This document shows, piece after piece, positions 30,418 to 38,468 of a stretch of 64,000 nt of DNA. Source of the DNA: Candidatus Heimdallarchaeota archaeon (GTDB lineage: Archaea > Asgardarchaeota > Heimdallarchaeia > Heimdallarchaeales > Heimdallarchaeaceae); NCBI GenBank assembly GCA_030668825.1, contig DAOVET010000001.1:32001-96000 (forward strand). The letters are read 5' to 3'. Positions within the stretch are counted from its first letter, which is position 1, and each line of letters opens with the position of its first letter. The notes below the pieces were generated by a model that searched no databases, had not been told where the DNA came from, and worked only from the letters and a program-made list of their open reading frames with translations. Made by a program: the position numbers and the translations under genes.

Positions 30418-30585
30418 TCTTGATTAGATGTTATAAGTACAAACGCGCTCTTAAAAATTCTTTGGAACATTGCTATAGCGCAAAACATAGAATCCATTTT
30501 ATCATTCTCGCCCTTCAAATTATCATAAAACTAGTGGAGTAGCAATGATATATGAAATTCTATCTTTTTACAAGTAATATAAATT

Positions 30586-30712
30586 GACACCGGTGGACAG
30601 GGGATGTTTACCTATCTCCGTCCCAAATACTACTCTTGACATCCCTGTTATCATCTGCGGTAACAAATTTGACCTTAACGAAGCTCGTACTCTTGATAAA
30701 GATACTATTTAA
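30586..30712 (+). pseudogene. Relic of a second, different Rab-like GTPase 3' half (G3 and G4 motifs, internal deletion)
   Basis: Manual translation: DTGGQGMFTYLRPKYYS* (30586-30639), then in another frame DIPVIICGNKFDLNEARTLDKDTI* (30638-30712). Confidence 0.8.
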
Positions 30713-30725
30713 ATTATATTCGTCT

Positions 30726-31055
30726 CAAGAAGTTTTCAGACAAATCAGAAGTAAATATTTCTTTGGAAGCAAAGGTGCTTTAGCTATTTGTGATGCCTCT
30801 AATTCTGAATCTTTTAAGAATATCCCCTCGTGGGTTGAATCTTTTAAAAAGGAAGTGGGAGATAAGCCTATCATTTTTCTAGCAAATAAATGTGATTTGA
30901 AGGATCAACAAGTCACTGAGGATGACATGAAACAATTGGTTAAGGATTACAGTAACACTGAATATCTGTATTCCTCTGCAAAAGATGGAACAAATGCTGA
31001 AAAAGCTTTCATCAACTTAACCAGACTTATGGTTGCTGAAGAAGATATAGTATAG
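30726..31055 (+). pseudogene. Displaced 3' half of the Rab-like GTPase at 11529
   Basis: QEVFRQIRSKYFFGSKGALAICDASN...NKCD...SAK...AEEDIV: 109 aa, colinear and 84/109 identical (hand count) to 11727-12056; no G1/G2 upstream. Confidence 0.92.
30753..30796 (+). repeat. Right att-like repeat
   Basis: 43/44 identical to 11754-11797. Confidence 0.85.
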
Positions 31056-31239
31056 TTATTTGAATAATTCTCTTAATCCGTTTGAGCTTCTTTCTTTATA
31101 AGGTTCAAAGCAAGAGTGATTTCCCAAAAAAACCTAATTCTTATAGTTTATCCATAAATTTCTGAAAATCACTAATCTAAGAAACCTTTTTATTATTGAA
31201 GGAGAGTTTTATTTTTGAGAATCTAAAAGGCGAACAACA

Positions 31240-33060
31240 ATGAAAAAAAGTATCCTAATTTTTATCTGTCTTTTTCTTTTCTTACCTTCTATTACTCAAA
31301 TTAATGCTCAAAATCCAGATCCATTTTTCTCTCTTTCTTTCCTAACTCCAAATACTTCAACTGAAAGAATTGAATGGTCAGAGCTAATAGCTCAAGAGCT
31401 TGGACAAATAGGTGTTGAAGTTAATTTGAACAATATTACTGGCTGGTCTGGAATTGGTTCCAGAACTTGGGGTTATCCATTAATTGATTATGACTACATA
31501 CCACCTTATGATGAAGGCGGCTACGATGTATTATTTATGGGATGGAATGATTATTTTGATTGGAATCCCGAAGCCTGGTTTGCTTCAGAAAGTATAGTAC
31601 CTTATGGTGATAATTTCTATCAATACAACAATACTCAGTTTGACCAAAAACTAACTGAATATCTTTTAGAAGCTAATATCACTACTAGAATTGAAAAAGG
31701 GAAAGAACTACAAGGTATTATTTATGAAGATCAACCCGCTATAGGAATTGTATACTTAAAACATGTCTATGGATTCAATGAAAATATAGTAGGTATGGAT
31801 ACTACTCTGTTCGGTCAAGCTTCTGATCAAACTCAGTTTTGGGATGTTCCGAGTGATCACAATCTTACTTTTGTTTCTCCCACAGTTTTTTACGACAATA
31901 ATATCTTTCGTGCCAGTTCATACTTTGATGCACAATGGATGCAAGCTGTTTATGGTTCTTTATTAAGAAGATCTCAAAATTCTCATCTTTTTGAACCTGA
32001 AATTGCAAAAAATATTTCATATACTCCAATAATCAACGATGAAATCAACATTACAGTTTTCCTTGATCCAAATGCTAAATTCAGTGATTTAAGTCCAGTA
32101 TTACCCTCTGATGTAAAATACAGCTATGAATTATATATGACTCCCGAAGTAAATTCAGATCGTTACGGAGAATTTGCTTTTGGCTATTTTGAAAGCCTTG
32201 ATTCAATTGAAATAATTGGACCAGATGTTTCTGGAGGACAATTATTATTCAAAATGAAAGTAATAGATTACTATTGGATGAATGCTTTTGATGCTGGTAT
32301 TATAGATAAGAGTGAAGTTGAACCTCTTATCTCAACCTATGGTTATAATATCTTCTGGGAACCTCCAGGCACAGGTAACGTAGGTTGGTCTCTTGTCAAA
32401 TCCTGCGGACCATTTGTTGTAGACAAATATAATCCTACACTAAATATCGTAAACCTAAAAACACAACCGTACTGGGTAAATCTAATAGCTTCAGGTGGAA
32501 GTCCTGCAAAACTCTCCGAGTTAAATTTCAAACATATTCCTACAAAAGAGGCTGCATTTGGGGAATTGTTAACTGGAGAAGCTGATATAATAGACCGTTA
32601 CTACTATTACCCCTTAAGTATTTTTGAAGATTTTTCTGGAATTATTGGTATAAAAGCAAAATCTCTGAGTCACCAACAATTAGCTATCAATATGAAACAC
32701 CCAATAATTGGAACAGGAGAGTTGACACCAATTGGATTAGCTGGAGCAGCTAGAAATATTAGAAAAGCAATAAGTTGTTCAATCCCACGAGATTATATAG
32801 CCGCTAATGCTACATCTCAATCTCAATATAATTATAGTTATGATCCAGGAATCCTTCCTATTTCTGAAGCAATAGTTGGATTTCTTGATAGTCTTCAGCC
32901 TTATCCTTATGATATAAATATGGCAAGGTTATTTATGGAACTAGCCGGATATGTTATCACAATAAAAGAATTCAGCAACATAAATATTTTCTTAATAACA
33001 GTTGTAGGTTTATGTTCTATACTACTAATAAGAAGGAGAAAGAATAGTAAAAATTGTTAG
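31240..33060 (+). CDS. ABC transporter substrate-binding protein, family 5 (peptide/nickel), apparently circularly permuted, C-terminally anchored
   Basis: ELIAQELGQIGVEV and YNNTQFDQKL near the N-terminus; AKFSD..PV.PSDVKYSYE, GPF and IRKAISCSIPR later; IKEF plus TM plus RRRK tail. Confidence 0.85.
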   Translation: MKKSILIFICLFLFLPSITQINAQNPDPFFSLSFLTPNTSTERIEWSELIAQELGQIGVEVNLNNITGWSGIGSRTWGYPLIDYDYIPPYDEGGYDVLFMGWNDYFDWNPEAWFASESIVPYGDNFYQYNNTQFDQKLTEYLLEANITTRIEKGKELQGIIYEDQPAIGIVYLKHVYGFNENIVGMDTTLFGQASDQTQFWDVPSDHNLTFVSPTVFYDNNIFRASSYFDAQWMQAVYGSLLRRSQNSHLFEPEIAKNISYTPIINDEINITVFLDPNAKFSDLSPVLPSDVKYSYELYMTPEVNSDRYGEFAFGYFESLDSIEIIGPDVSGGQLLFKMKVIDYYWMNAFDAGIIDKSEVEPLISTYGYNIFWEPPGTGNVGWSLVKSCGPFVVDKYNPTLNIVNLKTQPYWVNLIASGGSPAKLSELNFKHIPTKEAAFGELLTGEADIIDRYYYYPLSIFEDFSGIIGIKAKSLSHQQLAINMKHPIIGTGELTPIGLAGAARNIRKAISCSIPRDYIAANATSQSQYNYSYDPGILPISEAIVGFLDSLQPYPYDINMARLFMELAGYVITIKEFSNINIFLITVVGLCSILLIRRRKNSKNC

Positions 33061-33115
33061 AGAATAATGATATCCATATTATAGAAAAAGGACCTAGCTT
33101 AGTGTAGCGATTTAG

Positions 33116-33595
33116 CTAATCATCTATTTCTATTTCTTTTCTTAATTGATACAATGCGAGTGTTATTTCTCCTAAGCAACCCAGTTCATTCCCTTTATCA
33201 AAGTAAACTGAAATGCCTTTATCTAGCTCTTGTTTAGTTAAACCAGGTTCAGATCCACCAAATATTAGCAAAATATTTTTTCCTTTATTATAAGAAGCAG
33301 CTATTTTTTCTGGATTAAAGATTTCTTTTGAAAAAGGTTGTTTGATAAAGAGATAAACCTCATCAGGTTGGCACAATTCAACAGAATCATCAATATCTTG
33401 CAAATATAGAAGGTTAGCTTTTTTTGAATGAACTAGCTTTTGTGCAACTGGTACTCCACTTGTTGCAGCAGTTCCTGATGCCTTAGAAAGGACTATATCT
33501 CTTGCCCCTAATCCCAATGCTATTTTGACGAATTCTCTACAGTAATTAACACTACTGAAATTGTGTAATTGAACAATTATTTTCCCGGAGCTCAT
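33116..33595 (-). CDS. Archaeal SPOUT-type RNA methyltransferase-like protein (DUF2122/COG4080)
   Basis: LHNFSS, SKASGTAATSGVP, DIDDSVEL..PD, FGGSEPGLTKQEL. Confidence 0.75.
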   Translation of the reverse strand: MSSGKIIVQLHNFSSVNYCREFVKIALGLGARDIVLSKASGTAATSGVPVAQKLVHSKKANLLYLQDIDDSVELCQPDEVYLFIKQPFSKEIFNPEKIAASYNKGKNILLIFGGSEPGLTKQELDKGISVYFDKGNELGCLGEITLALYQLRKEIEIDD

Positions 33596-33693
33596 TGTTT
33601 AGAGAAAATCGTGCCACTAAAAAAGGATAGCTATTCCTCTTTTAGTATTCTACGACAATTTTTAAAAACAAAGATGTAAAATAAACATTAATT

Positions 33694-33768
33694 GCCCCGA
33701 TAGTATAGCGGCTAGTATTGTGGATTGTGGCTCCATAGAGGCAGGTTCGAATCTTGCTCGGGGCACCA
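33694..33768 (+). tRNA. tRNA-His(GTG), CCA encoded, discriminator A73
   Basis: Acceptor GCCCCGA/TCGGGGC, D stem GTAT/GTAT, anticodon stem GTGGA/TCCAT with loop TTGTGGC, T arm GCAGG-TTCGAAT-CTTGC, then A-CCA. Confidence 0.95.
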
Positions 33769-33770
33769 GC

Positions 33771-33779
33771 TTTTTTTTT
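33771..33779 (+). terminator. Oligo-T terminator after the tRNA
   Basis: Nine T residues two bases after CCA. Confidence 0.65.
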
Positions 33780-33847
33780 ATTAACTCTGTAGTAAATGAG
33801 GAAGATTTAAAGAAGAGTTATCATTGATACAATATCAAGGTGAAAAT

Positions 33848-34318
33848 ATGCCGTGGGTTGATGAAGTCATCATGGGTGGAACTTTTGACCATCTTCATCA
33901 AGGGCACAAGGCACTTTTGGAAGCCGCTTTAAGTTTTGGAAAATTAATCCGTATTGGTTTAACTAATGATAAATTTGCTAAGAGTCTTAGACGGTCTGAT
34001 CGAAATTTGGACTTAATGCAAACATTTGATATAAGAAAAAGAGAATTGCAAAAATATCTGGAAAAAAGAGGTTGTACAGATTTTGAAATTATTGAAATTG
34101 ATCATAGATATGGTTTCGCTTTGGATGCAAAAAATGCTGAAGGAATAGTAGTAACAGAAGAAACCTATCCAACGGCTGTTGATATCAATAAACTTAGACC
34201 ATTAAGTGGTATGGATCAATTACTAATTTTGGTGATTCCTTTTGTTTATGATGAACAAGGAATAATTATAAGCTCAAGAAGAATAAGACAACAACTAGCT
34301 GAAGTTAAAGAGAATTAG
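33848..34318 (+). CDS. coaD: Phosphopantetheine adenylyltransferase (archaeal/eukaryotic type)
   Basis: GGTFDHLHQGH, GLTND, IVVTEET, ISSRRIR; likely start ATG 33848 after AGGTGA. Confidence 0.88.
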   Translation: MPWVDEVIMGGTFDHLHQGHKALLEAALSFGKLIRIGLTNDKFAKSLRRSDRNLDLMQTFDIRKRELQKYLEKRGCTDFEIIEIDHRYGFALDAKNAEGIVVTEETYPTAVDINKLRPLSGMDQLLILVIPFVYDEQGIIISSRRIRQQLAEVKEN

Positions 34319-34338
34319 AAAAGTTTGTTTTGGAATTT

Positions 34339-34869
34339 TTAATCTCTAGCTTCAATTCCCTGAAGAATTTCCTCTCCCATTACAATAAATGCATTTCCAA
34401 CATTGATTCCATTTTTAGCAGAAGTTTCAATAAAACCGATACATCCAGAATCTTTTGCGTACTTCTTACCTTCTTCTGTAGAAACATCTCGCAAATCTTC
34501 AAGATCATTTTTGTTACCTACAAGCATGAGCATAATTCGAGGACTCTCTGTTCTGGCTTCTCGAATCCAAGTATCCAGATTTTCAAAGGACTGGCGACGA
34601 GTAATATCATAAGTTACTAATGCTCCTAAACTGCCTTTAAAGAAAATTTGACGCATTGATGCGAACCTATCTTGTCCAGCAATATCCCAAAGCTGCAAAC
34701 AAATTCGAGTATCTTTAATTGTCTCAAATCGGCTGTAGGGTTCCATTCCTATTGTCATGAGGTATCCTGACTGAAATTTATTATGAATGAATCTCTGGAC
34801 TAAACTTGTCTTCCCTACTGCACCGTCTCCTAGTAAAAGAATCTTGAATGTATACTTGTAGCTTGCCAT
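34339..34869 (-). CDS. Rab-like small GTPase
   Basis: YTFKILLLGDGAVGKTS, TIG, WDIAGQDRF, GNKND, ETSAK; no prenylation motif. Confidence 0.95.
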   Translation of the reverse strand: MASYKYTFKILLLGDGAVGKTSLVQRFIHNKFQSGYLMTIGMEPYSRFETIKDTRICLQLWDIAGQDRFASMRQIFFKGSLGALVTYDITRRQSFENLDTWIREARTESPRIMLMLVGNKNDLEDLRDVSTEEGKKYAKDSGCIGFIETSAKNGINVGNAFIVMGEEILQGIEARD

Positions 34870-35078
34870 TTACTATTCAAAAGACTCGATAACCTTATTG
34901 TTTATAATTATTTTGATGTTTCCCGTCTTGTTCTTTGAAATAATAATCTAATAATTTAAATCAGTGCTGCATTCAACAGTAGAATCACGCATTTCTCAAC
35001 AATGATTAACAAGTTGATGTTTCATGTCACATTGAAGAAACTTTTTAACGCTTTGAATTTTTCTAATTTTAGTCCAAA

Positions 35079-37016
35079 ATGATAGACTCAAACAATCTAG
35101 ATTTTAAAAAATTAGGCTTTCATGCGGGTTTGGAAGTTCACCATCATATAAAATCTAAACGTAAACTTTTTTGTAATTGTCCCACTATTCTTGAGGAAGA
35201 TCCAGAAAATATGGAATACAGTTTTTATAGATATTTTCGACCAGTTCTTGGCGAGATGGGAGACTTCGACCCAGGTATGCTTGTAGAATTCGAAAAAGGG
35301 TACAAAGTAATTTATCTTGCTAATGAAAGAAATACTTGCACTTATGAAATGGATGAAACCCCTCCGTTTTTCCCCGATATGGAAGCTATTGAGAAGGGTT
35401 ATATTCTCTCCGAATACTTCCATTGTACATCATTTGCTGAAGAAATTGTGGTAAATAGAAAACAGTATTTGGATGGTTCTATTACCACTGGATTTCAGAG
35501 AACTTTTATTTCCGCAAGAGATGGTTGGGTACCTGTAAATGGTAAGAAAGTTCGAATAACGAATTTGTATATTGAAGAAGATGCAGCACGCAGAGTTAAT
35601 TGGGATGATACTTCTAGTCGAACAGTGTACTTTAACCTAGATAGGTTGGGTTTTCCTCTAACTGAAGTAATTACAGAGTATACAGATGTTGAAACTCCCG
35701 AGGAATTGATAGAAACAGCAAAACAGATTGGACGAGTTTTAAGAATAAGTAAAATTGGACGAAGAGGTTTGGGTACAGCTCGACAAGATGTAAATATTAG
35801 TATTACTGGTGGAAACCGAGTTGAGATTAAGGGAGTTCAAGATTTAGATCTGTTTGATTTAATGTGTCGTAATGAAGTAGTAAGACAGCATACTCTGATA
35901 GAAATAAAGGAGGAAATGCTTAAACGAGGAATTACTAAAGATGATTTCGAACACACATACGTTGATGTTTCTCATCTTTTCGAATCTGAAACTAAATACT
36001 TTGCAGTTATTTGTCCAAAAATGAAAGGACTATTTGGACTCGAAGTTCAGCTTAACAAAGATTTTGGCTTGGAAATTTTTGAAAAAAGTATGTTAATATC
36101 TGGTGTTCATAGAGCGGATCAATACCATAGTGATGAATTTGAGGATGAATCCATTAGAAGAAATTCAGATTATCCTAGTAAATTGGAAATCGACAAGCAA
36201 CTCTATGAGAAACTATGTTCAATTCTAAATCCGAAGGAAAATGATGCATTTGTTGTTGTGAAAGGCTCAGAAAAACAATCTATGCACGCTTTAAAGAAAA
36301 TTATAGAAAGAATAAAGATGGCACTGGATGGAGTTCCACAAGAAACCAGAAGATTTATTCGAAATGGTAACTCTGAATTTCTAAGAGTCATTCATGGAAA
36401 GGATAGAATCTACCCAGACACTGATACTCCCCCTGTTGTAATCTCTTTAGATAAAATTGAAAAGATAACTAGAAATATAGGAAGACGACCTTGGGAGGTT
36501 TTTGAGGAACTTAATTCAAAATATGGTTTCAGCCAAAATAAAGTTGATCTTCTCATTCGAGATGAGCAACTGGACAGTTTCTACAGATTTACTGCAGAGC
36601 TTAACATGAACGCTCATTTAGCTTATAAGCTTCTGATTGATATCCCAAGAGAAAATAGAAGAAAAGATGTTATTATCAATGAAGAAATAATAGAAAGAAT
36701 TGCAGATTTGTTAGCATCAGAGACTATTATACCCGAACAATTAGATCAAGTTATTTCGCTTCTCTCTAAAAACAAACATCTAACAGAAGAAGAACTAATA
36801 GATCAACTAAATATCAAAGAAATATCAAATGAAGAATTGGCAACAATTGTTAAACAAAAAATAGATTTTATTGGAAAGGATAAAATACAAACATCAGAAG
36901 ATGAACAAAGATATCTCCCAAAGATTGTTGCTCTAGTTTTAAAAGAATGTAACTATTCAATCAAAGGACAAACGGTAGTGAATCTTGTTAATTCATTCAT
37001 AAAGGAGGTAATCTAG
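35079..37016 (+). CDS. gatE: Glu-tRNA(Gln) amidotransferase subunit E
   Basis: GLEVH, KLFCNCP, DETPP, RKQYLDGSITTGFQRT, EEDAARR, LDRLG.PL.E, RRGLGTARQDVNISI, R.YPDTDTPP. Confidence 0.95.
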   Translation: MIDSNNLDFKKLGFHAGLEVHHHIKSKRKLFCNCPTILEEDPENMEYSFYRYFRPVLGEMGDFDPGMLVEFEKGYKVIYLANERNTCTYEMDETPPFFPDMEAIEKGYILSEYFHCTSFAEEIVVNRKQYLDGSITTGFQRTFISARDGWVPVNGKKVRITNLYIEEDAARRVNWDDTSSRTVYFNLDRLGFPLTEVITEYTDVETPEELIETAKQIGRVLRISKIGRRGLGTARQDVNISITGGNRVEIKGVQDLDLFDLMCRNEVVRQHTLIEIKEEMLKRGITKDDFEHTYVDVSHLFESETKYFAVICPKMKGLFGLEVQLNKDFGLEIFEKSMLISGVHRADQYHSDEFEDESIRRNSDYPSKLEIDKQLYEKLCSILNPKENDAFVVVKGSEKQSMHALKKIIERIKMALDGVPQETRRFIRNGNSEFLRVIHGKDRIYPDTDTPPVVISLDKIEKITRNIGRRPWEVFEELNSKYGFSQNKVDLLIRDEQLDSFYRFTAELNMNAHLAYKLLIDIPRENRRKDVIINEEIIERIADLLASETIIPEQLDQVISLLSKNKHLTEEELIDQLNIKEISNEELATIVKQKIDFIGKDKIQTSEDEQRYLPKIVALVLKECNYSIKGQTVVNLVNSFIKEVI

Positions 37017-38408
37017 ATGGTAGAAGAAAATACTATTTATGATCCAGAGGGATATAGAGGAACCTTAAGAGAACGTTTGATTAAGGATAAAATCAGAACT
37101 TGGAGCAAAGTTTCTGTGAAAAAGGGTGAGGCACATTACGAGGGACTTTTACTTCCTCGAAGCCAGCATACAGATGATGATTACGTTACACTTAAAGTAG
37201 ATACTGGATACAATCTAGGTATATTAGTTGATGAGGAAACAGATATCCAAGAAATTGGTTATCAGAAAGGTCATTATAAGCTTCCTCACGTTGATGTAGA
37301 ATTCAAGAAAGAACTTCCAAATGTTACTCTTCTAGGAACAGGTGGAACAGTTGCTTCAAGATTAGATTACCGCACTGGAGCAGTACTACCAGCTTTTACT
37401 CCCGAAGAGTTATTTTCAGCGGTTCCAGAATTGACCTCTACCGTCAATCTGACTCCTAAAACTCTCTATCAGATTCTAAGTGAAAATTTCAGACCTGAAT
37501 ATTGGGTTAAAACAGCAGAATCAATAGCTAAGGAAATAGAATCAGGAGCTAATGGTATAATCATTGGTCATGGAACTGATACAATGTGCGTCACTGGTTG
37601 TGCACTGGCTTATTTCTTAAGAAATCTACCAGTACCCGTTGTTCTTGTAGGTAGTCAAAGAAGTTCAGATCGACCATCATCCGATGGACCTAGAAATATT
37701 CTCTACGCTGCACAACTAGCTGGTTATGAGAATTTTGCTGAAGTTGTCATATCAATGCATGGTACTCCTAGTGACAGTTATAATCTGGTTCATAGAGCCA
37801 CTCGATGCAGAAAAATGCACTCAGCACGTCGTGATACCTTTCGAAGTTTGAGTGACATACCTTTAGGTAAAATAGATGATAGTGGTACTACCTGGTTCAA
37901 GGATGATATTAAAACTCGTTCAAATCCAGAAGATTTCTATCTTGATGCTAAGATTGATAGTCGAGTTGGAATGCTCTATTTTTATCCAGGCATGAATCCC
38001 GATCTTTTAGAATCTATGGTTGACTTAGGATATCATGGGGTTATAGTAATAGGTACTGGATTGGCACATGTAGGAACAGATGTTTATCCTGCCTTAGAGA
38101 GATGTAAAGAAGAAGAAATACCTGTAGTAATGGTAGTTGAACCATTGTATGGTTTTGCACAGTTACGTGTCTATGAGACAGGAAGAGATATGCTAGCACG
38201 GGGAGTCATCGAAGGAGAAAATATGCTTCCATCAGCTGCATATACCAAATTAATCTGGGCACTTGGACATACTAGAAATCTTGAAGAAGTAAGAGACATC
38301 ATGCTTACTCCTATAGCCGGAGAAATAACAAATAGAGAAAGTCCTAGAGGTTTTATGATAATGCAAGGAATTGAACCAGGGATAGACCAGATACTGAAGA
38401 ATCTTTAA
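37017..38408 (+). CDS. gatD: Glu-tRNA(Gln) amidotransferase subunit D
   Basis: LKVDTGYNLG, GTGGTVASRLDYRTGAV, HGTDT, GSQRSSDRPSSD, RKMHSARRDTF. Confidence 0.96.
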   Translation: MVEENTIYDPEGYRGTLRERLIKDKIRTWSKVSVKKGEAHYEGLLLPRSQHTDDDYVTLKVDTGYNLGILVDEETDIQEIGYQKGHYKLPHVDVEFKKELPNVTLLGTGGTVASRLDYRTGAVLPAFTPEELFSAVPELTSTVNLTPKTLYQILSENFRPEYWVKTAESIAKEIESGANGIIIGHGTDTMCVTGCALAYFLRNLPVPVVLVGSQRSSDRPSSDGPRNILYAAQLAGYENFAEVVISMHGTPSDSYNLVHRATRCRKMHSARRDTFRSLSDIPLGKIDDSGTTWFKDDIKTRSNPEDFYLDAKIDSRVGMLYFYPGMNPDLLESMVDLGYHGVIVIGTGLAHVGTDVYPALERCKEEEIPVVMVVEPLYGFAQLRVYETGRDMLARGVIEGENMLPSAAYTKLIWALGHTRNLEEVRDIMLTPIAGEITNRESPRGFMIMQGIEPGIDQILKNL

Positions 38409-38468
38409 TATCCCTTCCTTTTGTTATGTTCCAAAGCTTTTTAGATTTCAACAAAATCTGTCTTAACA

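Larger units (their letters stand above)
11754..30796. mobile_element. ~19 kb genomic island integrated in a Rab-like GTPase gene
   Basis: Flanked by duplicated Rab 3' halves. Interior holds hypothetical, defence and surface genes, several truncated, unlike the housekeeping flanks. No integrase recognised. Confidence 0.8.

Noticed and set aside
12058-30585. Integron cassette array, suggested by many short unrelated genes
   Set aside because: No repeated attC-like RYYYAAC...GTTRRRY sites, mixed gene orientations and no intI.
30636-30725. N-terminal 30 aa of the 139-aa ORF in the track, suggesting a complete small GTPase
   Set aside because: It has no G1/G2/G3 and is an off-frame reading of the Rab relic; homology begins only at 30726.
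33694-33768. tRNA-His as the island's integration site
   Set aside because: No duplicated tRNA 3' end found in the window; the island boundaries are in the Rab gene.
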